Below, one piece after another: positions 1-9,613 of a stretch of 64,000 nucleotides of DNA. A program made the translations under genes and the position numbers. The first letter of the stretch is position 1. Every line of letters starts with the position of its first letter. Origin of the DNA: Utricularia gibba (lineage: Eukaryota > Plantae > Magnoliophyta); NCBI GenBank assembly GCA_002189035.1, contig NEEC01000002.1, positions 3,844,001 through 3,908,000 on the forward strand, read 5' to 3'. Below the pieces are notes generated by a model. It did not search any database, was not told the origin of the DNA, and saw nothing but the letters and a program-made list of their open reading frames with translations.

Positions 1-108
1 ATACCATCCACATATGGGCAGGAACGCCTGGATCTCCTGAGGAAGCTTCAGAAAGTGAGGGAATTGGAAGGGGAAGTAATGACAAGCACTGAGGACGGCC
101 AAGAGTAA
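1..108 (+). CDS. Possible 3' end of an unidentified gene entering from the left edge
   Basis: Open frame from base 1 (IPSTYGQERLDLLRKLQKVRELEGEVMTSTEDGQE) to TAA at 106-108, followed by AT-richer, 3'UTR-like sequence. No family recognised. Confidence 0.3.
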   Translation: MPSTYGQERLDLLRKLQKVRELEGEVMTSTEDGQE

Positions 109-1346
109 CCCCACCAATCCCGTATGCAGAGGTTCACTGAACATAAATCTAAAGATTACGTCGGGCAAATTTCCATTGCTTTTCACTTTTCTACCATGTT
201 ATTATAATACTCTGCTCAGCAAGCAAGCAAGCAACCTGTTCCTTCTGTTAAGGATTGAATAGTAACATTGTACAGTGAAACCCTTTTATGTGTCAGTGAA
301 AAAGGTGACTAGTTGAACACTAGACTGATGAACGGAATGCAAGCAGCAGCGGGGTGGGGGGGACAAAAAATCAGAGGAACCAACCAGCATCAGTATGAAT
401 CATATCCATCTATCCGTACAAGGTTTTTGAGACAAGGGGATGCAATCCAACCGTCCATGCTCTGTCCGATCTTATCATCAGCTCCGTCACTTTCTTCTGC
501 TCGCCGTTGAAAGGCGTGCGGGACCCCCTCCTTCACTCTCTTTCTTAGAATGCAACATGACTGACTCTACCCACAGAATCTGGGATTCTTCCTCTCCTTC
601 CTTCTACTCCCCCACTCTGCAACTGAATATTAAGCAACACAGCAGCTGATATAAAAAGGCCACTTCAGCTCTCCCACATCTCATCTCTCCGTCCTGATAA
701 ACAGTCCCTTGTGCTTGTTTCCTCCGAGAAACTCATCATATCCTGAGATTAAGAAACAAAAGAAATTGCTGACAACCGAAACTGACAGTCACCATTATAT
801 GGACAAGGTTTACGAAAACAAGATAAGCTTTTGTTGACATGTGGGCACAAAAGGAGGAGGGTTCGCAAGACCATCGCCTTCACATAACATCAGCTATCAA
901 TCACATAAAGAAAAGTAGGCAATTGTCTGTTTTTCATCCTCAAATTCCCTAAGAAAATGAAACCAATCAAACCAAGTCACCGACCCCTCCATAGAAAATT
1001 GATAGCTAGTAGCAGAAAGGGGCAGAGCTTCTGGACCACATACCTAAGGTGTCACAAATTCATGCTTCCTTCCAAGTACTCATTGTTCTACCGTAACATT
1101 TATGTAGGTTTTAAGGTTCAGGGTAATTTTTTCCCCTGTGGCAAACAGATGTTCCAGGGAGATACGTTTCTCAGAATAGCAAGCAGAGATCTGACCAAAC
1201 TTGTTCTATGGTTAAACAAAGTCCAATACCTTAAATGACAATCACCTATTTACGAACATGTGTTGATTTGACATCAGAACGAGGATCAAGATAACTTTGT
1301 TTTTTAATTTGTAAGTCTGAAAGATGGGAAAAATTGGAGTGTGTAC

Positions 1347-1519
1347 CGTATTTGAGTAGTATTGATGATATGGGTTTGCGTGACTGGAGTATGCTGAATC
1401 AACCGGCGTCGAAGTTTGCGTTTCGCCGCCGTGAAACTCCAAGTTGACACCGAATAGCCTCAGTGTCTTGAAACTATTATTCCCTGTAATTGCTTGATTC
1501 TGTTGCACTGGAGAAGATC
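1347..1519 (-). CDS. NGAL: NGAL-like gene exon 2 with B3 repression domain (RLFGVNL)
   Basis: Acceptor TACAG|GA at 1519 is phase-compatible with exon 1 and gives GSSPVQQNQAITGNNSFKTLRLFGVNLE, close to the SKTLRLFGVNME of Arabidopsis NGAL1. The 3' boundary (ACG|GTACAC at 1347) is tentative; without splicing the frame stops at 1242. Confidence 0.8.
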
Positions 1520-1768
1520 CTGTATTTTATTTATATTCTCAATCAATGAATGATAGATGATGCAGTGCAGTGAAGTGAGATGAATGAATCTTTCGGGAAA
1601 AAGGAAACCCACACGCATGCAAATTTGCAGAGCTCAGAGATTGCTTTTCTTCAGGAAACACCAACACAATTTTCATTGCAGAGAAAATGCAGGAAGTAGG
1701 TAATTTTTAATCGAAAAAATGAGCAATAGGCTTTGGGAATCACTACTTTTTTTAAAAAAAATTATTAC

Positions 1769-2435
1769 CGGTAGGAGGGCCTGGATTTTTGGGTTGACCG
1801 GAGTTTTCCCTGTTCCATCCCCTGCCATCCCCACTCGCAGCGGCGATCTGGTTCCTCCGCCGCCATCCAATGAATAAGCTGCCCGTGGATGCGCGGTGGC
1901 GAGAAAAGGTAACTACATCACCGGCGTCGAGACGTTTCTCCTTCACGAAACGGCTCCATCCCTTTGTTAAAACGTAGCTCTGGCTGCTGTTCCAGTAAGA
2001 GTAACGAAATCTCCATGTTGTCCCTATTTCGTCCATGAAGTTTAAGAGAAGTCCATTTTCACAGGATTCACCGCCGCAGTTCATCGGAAAATGCCTCTCG
2101 GCATACTGTTTCGGGATCACGAGACGGTTGAGTTTCCCGACGTCGCTCGGCGTTAATGGCTTCTCGAACAACATCTCTCTGTCGCGCAACCATTCCTCCG
2201 TCGCGGCGGCGTCGTAGTTGCTGTTTTTGTCCAGTTCTTCGTCTTCATCATTGTTGAGGTTGAGATTGAAGGCGAAAGGGGGCGGCGCAGGCGTGGTTGT
2301 TTGCAGGCAGAATATTCCTCCGGCGGGGACGAGGAAGCGGCGGTCGTGATTGGGTGGCGGAGACTCCGTGAGGGAGTTTGGCCAGCACCCATCGGCGGCG
2401 TCTGGAAGTTCCGAATAGTAGTGATTGACAGACAT
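1769..2435 (-). CDS. NGAL: RAV/NGATHA-like B3 transcription repressor, exon 1 (B3 DNA-binding domain, no AP2 domain)
   Basis: Translation contains [28 protein letters not shown]...[35 protein letters not shown]...LFIGWRRR, a RAV-type B3 domain. The N-terminus MSVNHY (ATG at 2435) resembles ABS2/NGAL starts. Donor ACCG|GTAATA after 1769 (phase 1). Confidence 0.92.
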
Positions 2436-3883
2436 GTCTGAGTTTGCGCAAGTGTTGGATGACTGGCGCAGGAGAAACATGGAAGGGGACGCGCACACAA
2501 CGCCCCTACTTATAATTCTTCTGCACACATAGAATTTATTCATTTATTCCACATCACAATTATCTCATTATCCCATTCCCATTTTTGTAGTGACAAGTAT
2601 GAGAGAGAGCCTTTGGAGGCCTTGTGCTGAGATGTTCTTTTTTTTTTTTTTTCTTTCTTTCTACTACTCCAATTAGATATGTATGTAATGTGATGCAATC
2701 CGAGCAGCAGTCGTGGCATGAAGTCGATTTTCGAATCTGTGTCCATACATCCATATGGAAAAAGAAAGGCAGGCATCCATTTATTTAATAAATGCAGCCT
2801 GCAGGATGGGTTTGTTGACGGTTTTGTACTAACTCAACCCCTCTCTCTCTTTGCACTCCCTTCTGTCTTTTGCTTGATAGTTGTTGATAGAGTAGAGTAG
2901 ATGGCAGAATGTTGGGTTCGGCACCTGGAGGGGGAGGGGGAGGGGGGCTACATTTTTTTAATCCCGGAGCTATTTGTACACGTGCAGGGTGGGTTTTGTG
3001 CCCAGGGGTTGGGTTGGGTTGGGTTGAGTTCATCTCAAGGAGTAATGCTTGAATAATTTGGTGGGGGAGTGGGAGTGGTGTAAGAGAATGAATAAAGCAG
3101 CAGGTGATGCGTGCAGAATTCAGTATTTTAAAATTGTGATAAGCGTTGGAGGGAGGGCATGGGCATGGGAAATCTCCTCACCCAAAAGACGTGTGGCATC
3201 CGGAGGGGCCACCTGTGCAGCTTCACGTTGGCCTTATCAGACAGACGAGACGACTATCCCTTTCCTTTCCCTTAGGCCCTGCCCTGCCCTATCCACCCTC
3301 CATCACATTTTTCATTTTGGTGTTGGTGGGCTCCCGCTCCCAGTCCCGTATTTCGAACCAGTTGCACGGGAAGGGCGATATCCGCGACACCCCGGATACA
3401 TAAATGCTGCCCATCTGTCTCTCCAACAGACAGACAGCGACGGGCGGAGAGGACACAATTATTTAATCATCATGATTGAGATGAACCAACACACAGGCCA
3501 GGCGACGCGCACCGTTCCATTCCATTTCGTCCCAGCCTATCACTCCAAATTCCACATTACAATGTCATAAATATCCAGCGAGGTTGTGTTGGTCCTCCAG
3601 CCCCGATACAATCTCCTTGCAACAAATGAACTAATATGACAATTTGGAACAGAATGGTCCGTACAATGATGAATTGCAGAAAACAACACCCAAGAAATCA
3701 CTACTCTCTTTATCTGCTGCTCCAACTGGCCCATCCTAACCTAAATAATTCCTCTTACGAATTCTTTGGATGCGAGAAATTGAGGTGGTCTGATCTCATA
3801 GGACTTTGATTTTCATGAGCTCACATGGAATACTAAATGATTTTTTTTAAAAAAATAACATACAATATATATAAGAAGATTAT

Positions 3884-4325
3884 TGTCATGACTCATGTCC
3901 GCGGCCCAAGAGACATGAATGCAAGTCCTAGCCAACATTAGGATTTAAGGCAACTTAACATTTGTATAACATAGGAGAAAAACATAAAGTAAACTTATAT
4001 ACATTGACTCATAATTAACCTAACATGCAAAGTTAATACAACCAACCTACATATGATACAACTCATACATAAATCTCTACAACCATTAAAATACCTCTCA
4101 TAATTTGGATACCCATATTCCTACTTTGGTTGATCATCTAATCCTTAGTCATCCCCTTCCATGCCTAGAACAAGTTTAAAGCATGAAGTGATTATGCTGC
4201 CGTAATTTGGAAGGAAACATACCGAAGCATGAAGAGAATGAAAAGTGTTTGAGCATAAAATCCCATGAACAAATATAAAATCACATTGTGAGTCTCATAA
4301 TCTATATCCAAATCCCTTGACCCTT
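3884..4325. mobile_element. Possible old Tekay/Del-like LTR remnant (target of the copia insertion)
   Basis: Starts TGTCATGACTC, similar to the TGTCACGACCC start of Tekay LTRs, and has LTR-like composition. No partner LTR or TSD found. Confidence 0.25.
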
Positions 4326-4330
4326 CAACT

Positions 4331-4527
4331 TGTTAAAAGTAACCACGTGTGAAGCTCCTAACCACCAAGACCGAGTATTACGGCACCATGGCTGCCACCG
4401 CTTCCCACTCCAACTTCCCTCACATTCATCATATTCCTCCTTTATTTTCTAACCGACACCTGTATATAAACACCATTGAATGATGAGACAAGTGTGCTCT
4501 CTTTTAATACAAAATTATTATTTTGAA
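4331..4527 (+). repeat. 5' LTR of the Ale-like copia (last ~8 nt lost)
   Basis: Matches 18177-18383 with about 9 substitutions and one 10-bp indel by eye. It diverges after TTATT(T/C)TGAA. Confidence 0.88.
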
Positions 4528-5712
4528 AAAAGCTATATCTAGCCTTGTGATTGTTAAGTATTGTAAACTTCCAGCAATACTCCGGTATTGAAATTCTGCA
4601 ATACCAACGAGAGGTGTGCCTTGATATTTGGACAGCTTTTCACTTGAGGACATAGGGGTTGAGGTTGGTTTGCATTTCTCCATGTTGGCACGCTTGAGAA
4701 GATCCGAGGCATACCGCTATTGAGACAATAAAAGGTTTCCGTGATCTAATGTAACCTGAATCCTCAAGAATTATTCAAGAGACCCCAAATCTTTTACATC
4801 AAATAAGGTGCGTAGGTTTGAGGTAAGCTTTGTTGTGGCATTGTCACATGAGTTGACTATGATGATATCATCGACATATATGAGCATATACATGACGAGT
4901 TCACCCTACTGAAAAATATATAGAGATGTATCCGCCTTGGAGAGAATAAAGCTTAAAGCAAGAAGTTTGCTTGTCAAATGAGAATGCCAGGCTCTTGGAG
5001 CCTGCTTGAGGCCATAGAGAGATTTGTTCAATTTGCATATATAATTAGATGGAGCATGCGGATCTGTATAACCTAAGGGTTGGCGCATATATATGTCTTC
5101 TTTGAGGAGACCATGGAGAAAAGCATTCTAAATGTTGATTTGGTGTAAGCTCTAGCCCTTAGAAATAGCAAGAGAAAGTATGATTCTTATGGTGGTTGGC
5201 TTGATGATGGGGCTATAGGTGTCAAGATAATCAACTCCAAATCGTTGTTTGAATCCCTTTGCGATCAACTGGGCTTTGCATCTATCAATAAAGCCATCGG
5301 CCTTCCGTTTGAGTTTAAAGACCCATTTGCTATCAATCAAGTTGATTCCTTGCTTTGGTGGAATAAGTGTCCAGGTGCGGTTGCGAAGGAGTGCAGAGTA
5401 CTCGTCATTCATTGCTTGTTTCCACTCAGGTTGGGCCATGGTTTGAATATAATTAGTTGGTTCGACAATGCTGAACATTAGAGCAGCAGCCACATATCGA
5501 ACAGTCCCAGGTTGTGCAGCAGGTTGTGCAACAACATGTGGTGCAATGGTGTCTGTTGCAATGGGTTCGACAGGGGAACTAGGAGATCTTGCAAAATCAA
5601 TAGAACCAGAGATAGGAAGCGGTGAGGGACATATTTGTCCATTATTAGCAGAATCCTCATTCGTTGCTGGGCTGTTGGAAGGTGTGCCCATTTCAGATAT
5701 TGGAAGGGACAT
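4528..5712 (-). pseudogene. Copia INT-RT linker and reverse transcriptase (inverted segment)
   Basis: EPTNY...EWKQAMNDEYSALLRNRTW...[31 protein letters not shown] and QYLTITRLDIAF on the minus strand, with stops and frameshifts. Confidence 0.9.
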
Positions 5713-6180
5713 TGTTATGGGTGAAATCAGTATCCGGTGAGAGGCCGATTTTAGGTGATAGGCGTGGTCGGGAATGCCACATTTAGTCACCTTCTTCACG
5801 GCAGTCGGGAATGCCACACTTAGGTGAAATCGAATATTAAAATAAGAGTGCACAGGGATTTTTTTACGTGGAAACCGCCGGAGAGCGGAAAAACCACGGA
5901 GCTGCCGGAGCACGCCGGAAAAGAGTTTCACTAGGCGGAGGTCGCGAAAAAGGAGAATACAACTTGAAGAAATCTTTTTTGAGTCCAACCCCTCTCTTGT
6001 CATAATTCCGTCTATTTATAGGAGAGCTCACTCTGACCGAATTCTGGTGTCTGCAAACATCGGTTTCTTTCTTCTCCTGCTATACGATCTCGCTTTTCAG
6101 GTATCGGCCGCCTGTTATGCCGTAATTCGGCCGCTTTTCAGGCTGTGTCATATGGTCATACCTGTTAGATTTCTGACAGA
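5713..6180 (-). repeat. Retand 3' LTR (U3-proximal ~95 bp and PPT missing)
   Basis: Aligns with 15103-~15543 (about 17 substitutions over ~440 bp by eye, plus one indel). Similarity stops abruptly after GATTTCTGACAGA at 6180. Confidence 0.88.
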
Positions 6181-6312
6181 TAGTTGCCGCTTCCCCTGAA
6201 TAGGCCACATGCCGTTCTCTGCCACGCGTCGGCTCGTTGGCACGCCACGTTTTTTCCCGCTCATTCTGGGTACCCCAAACGTCACGACGCTTCATCTCCC
6301 TAACCCTTCCCG

Positions 6313-6320
6313 TATAAATA
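6313..6320 (+). promoter_or_regulatory. TATA box candidate for the Retand antisense gene
   Basis: TATAAATA followed by a pyrimidine-rich leader, about 260 bp upstream of the ATG at 6577. Confidence 0.5.
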
Positions 6321-6576
6321 AGTGCCCTTCGCGTCAGTTCTTTCCTTTGCCCTTTCTGTTGCCTGCAAGAGTTTTGTGCCCTCCGTGATCCGTCACACTC
6401 GTCCGCTGCTCAATCGTCGCGATATCCGTCGGAAAACGTCAATTTTCCAGGTATCATTCGGTTCTTCGTCTTTTCCGTTGGCTCTTCTGGGATTTTTGAC
6501 GGGTCCCCCTTGTCGTTCTAAGTCCTTCCCCCTTCCTAACTCCTGCCTCGTTCTAGGGTTTTGGGCTTATTTGAAA

Positions 6577-8824
6577 ATGGGTAGGAGATCTAGTGAACTA
6601 CATCCCTTCCCTTCGCATTCGGTACTCGATCCCTGATGAGTACCAGCTTTCTCATGCTCAGAGATACTGAAATCCCTTGGGGGGTTAGTAAGGACCCCCT
6701 ACCTCCATTCAGTCTCCCAATTCCACTTGCCTATTTCGAAAGCAGTTTACGCTTCCCTCTTCACCCTTTAATAGTCCGTTTTCTCTATACTTTTGCAATT
6801 CCGATTTACTGTCTTGCCTCGAATTCTATATTCTGCTTTACCACTTTCCTTTTCTATTCGGCCGGTATGGATCCGGCTATGACTCTGGTAGACTTCTGTG
6901 ATCTCTTCAAGATAGCCGTTCGTAAAGCTAAGTCCCCGATAGATGGCCGATCTCACTTTCAATTCCGCTGATTTGAAGATAACCCCAACTTTGTTGTCAA
7001 AGCCCCCGATACCCACCATGATTGGTGGTCTTCTTTCGTTTGGATAGCTCCCCCTTTGGGTTCTCGGTTGAACTTCCTAGTCGATCCCCCAACTCCTTTC
7101 AGGATCAAGATCTTGGGTGCGTATCGGTCTTCTTCCGAATCTCGCGAAGTCCTTTATGAGAGGCTTATTCGGGGCTCAGTTCGGTATGAGTCTCGTGCCT
7201 TGATGTTCTCAGGTGAGTCATTGAAAAGATCAGGTATTATCGGTCGTTCCCGAGACCTCCATTGGCCCGATATCATTCCTTTCGATGGCACCAATTCGAG
7301 GAGCCTTCCTCTTAGCCCCTCTTCATCCTTCCCTCTTGTTCCGGCATCACCTCCAATTCCCCCACCTGTTCAAACCGGGGCCCCCAAGAAAAAGAAGAGG
7401 GTTAAGACAATTGCGCACAAACCCTCAAAGAGGCAGAGAGGTAGTCGGGTTCAGCTTTCCCGAGTCTAAGAATCGGCACTATGCCTTATTGCTCTTCCTT
7501 ATTTCGTTTTCAGCTGAAGAGATGGTTCGGAGAAGTTCTCTGGAAGATTCGGTGATGGCGCGGTTCTCCGCCGAGATGCAGAGGGCGCAGGAACCCGAGG
7601 ATCCCTCCCCTGCACCAGTCTGTCTCCTATTTAACAGTTACCGCGAATTCCTGATTATAACCCCCCCCCCTCTTTTTTTTTTGGTTTTTCTTTCAGGCTG
7701 ATACGATTGGAGCTCAGTTGGACGCCGCTGATCCTTCCTCGGGGAAGATCAAGTAGTAGAAGTCTCCGAGACCCGGGAGTTGACTTCCCGTCCTTCAGCC
7801 GGGAAAGGGAAAGAGAAACTTCCTCCATCACCCGATCTCAGCGATACTCCTATTCCCGATGCAAGATTCTTTTCGGCTGGTGCTTCAACATCGGCTCTTC
7901 CAATCGAGTTACAGAGGGATTCTGCCCTCGTAGAAGTAAGGGACAATCCGGTGCTTCCTCTACCCTCAGTTCTAGCTGAACTAAGGAGAATCCTGGATAG
8001 AGCTATGTCTAATACCTCGGGTGTTGAACCGGAGACGGTACTTGAAGGGATTTGGCAGGTACGTATCCCGTTTCCTCTTCTAAATTCTAATTAGTCGGTC
8101 CTTGACTAGGGATATTCTTTCAGGCTCTGACTCTTGGGTGGGGAATGGTTAGAGAGATTGGCTCTCAATCGGAGGAAGTCTCTCGGCTTCGCGCCCAAGT
8201 TGTGGCTCAGAGCGCCCAGATAAAGTTGTTGGAGGAGGAGGGGAGTTCTCTGAAAACCGTTTTAGGGAAGTGCAGCTGCCAGGAGGAAGAACTGCGAAAT
8301 GTGATTGAGGAAATGGGAAAGGCGGTTGACGACGCTCAATCAGAGAGAGAGGGCTTCAAAGTCCGATTTGAGGAGGCAGAAGCGGAGTTAGAGCATGCCA
8401 GGGGCCGCATTTCAGCATTGGAGGCCGAATTACTTGATCAACAAGCATCTCGGCAGGGTCTTCTGGATGAGTTTGTCAATTCGGCCTGTTTTGCCGAACT
8501 CTCCGATATCTATGCAGGAAATTTAATCGGCTTACTTCTATACCGTCAGAGACGACAGTTCAGCCGGGAATTTGGGCTTTCAATCATGGATCCGCGCTTC
8601 GACAGGATAAACCCCTGTCAAAGGATGAGAACATGCTTGATGTTATCGCGGATACCTTCCAGGCCCCGGAGTTCGGGTTCGAAGCTGACTGGGAGCGACT
8701 GATTTCGCTAATTTGGGCGAGGATAGGGCGAGAGAATGACACCAAGTTGAGGGCAAGGATGGAACGGCATACCGGTTCCTCTGCCAATCCTCCCGATAAT
8801 CCCCCATCCCCTCCTGTACTTTAG
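6577..8824 (+). pseudogene. Antisense accessory gene of Retand: Transposase_28-like N-terminus, basic NLS-like patch, C-terminal coiled coil
   Basis: YFESSLRFPLHPLIVRFL and DWWSSFVWIAPP (Transposase_28-like), PKKKKRVK, and heptad-rich 8145-8500. Three phase-compatible GT-AG introns at 7441-7513, 7618-7696 and 8059-8123. Several frameshifts. Confidence 0.72.
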
Positions 8825-8956
8825 TAGTTTTTGACTTGATGTTTTTCCCCCTGCTGTGGGGCTTTTTTGATAATTTTGGTCTCCCGGTTCGGGATTTTCT
8901 TCTAATTTACTCTGTTTTTTGCGCATCACTTTTGCCTTTGGTGACGTTCACATTTC

Positions 8957-9500
8957 GGGGAAGCCCCGAGTTGGTTTGCTGTGTCTATTACGTGCTTAGA
9001 CTTGGAGATTCGCCTATGTTTTTATGATTCGGCGGTGGATGCCTCCTCGCCAACCCTTTGATTGGGTTTTTTGATTTTAGTTTGCCTTAGTGTTTCCTCA
9101 TGCGAGCTGAACCGCTACTAGGGAAGTAGGCCGGAACCCCTCATGGGTTGCGCGACTTCCCCAATCCGAAAGGGCCCTCTTCTGGCCATACCCCATTGTT
9201 TTGAACAAGGGTGGATTTGTTTCGTGTGCTCTTGCCGCCTCGAGATTACGACAATAAGGTCAATACTTAAGGGCTTTTTGGGGCTTACGCGTGCGATTTA
9301 TATAAACCGGTGCCCGAATCGTACCAAGGCTTATTCTTGCTATTGACGCCTGGGTGGGTAGATCGCATATATTATCGTGGGAAACCCCGAGTCGATTTGC
9401 TGTATCCTACAGGGGACCCCGATTTATGAGATTCGCCTGGGCTTATGTTACTTGGCCAGAGCTTTAAATCTTTGATGGTCTGCCTGGGCTTACGCGATTC
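8957..9500. repeat. Degenerate repeats in the Retand spacer between pol and the antisense gene
   Basis: GGGAA(G/A)CCCCGAGT...TTTGCTGT...GAGATTCGCCT at ~8957-9015 and ~9379-9438 (offset ~421-423). GGGCTTACGCG at ~9281 and ~9487. Confidence 0.5.
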
Positions 9501-9613
9501 GGCCAGGGCTTGTGTTTTGTTTTCCCATCTCCATTTCGGAGGAATTTATAGGTGCGTGAGTGCTTTGGGGAAGAGAATGCCGAATCTTGTGACAGAGATT
9601 GATATTGAGTCGG

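Noticed and set aside
3049-3570. 173-aa plus-strand ORF upstream of NGAL
   Set aside because: Non-ATG start, no recognisable domain, and it lies in GC-rich promoter-like DNA where open frames arise by chance.
5152-6003. 283-aa ORF starting in the Retand LTR and reading into copia RT (possible chimeric gene)
   Set aside because: The ATG lies only ~8 nt downstream of the LTR TATA (6012-6020), so it is probably upstream of the TSS. The frame is a chance read-through across the insertion junction.
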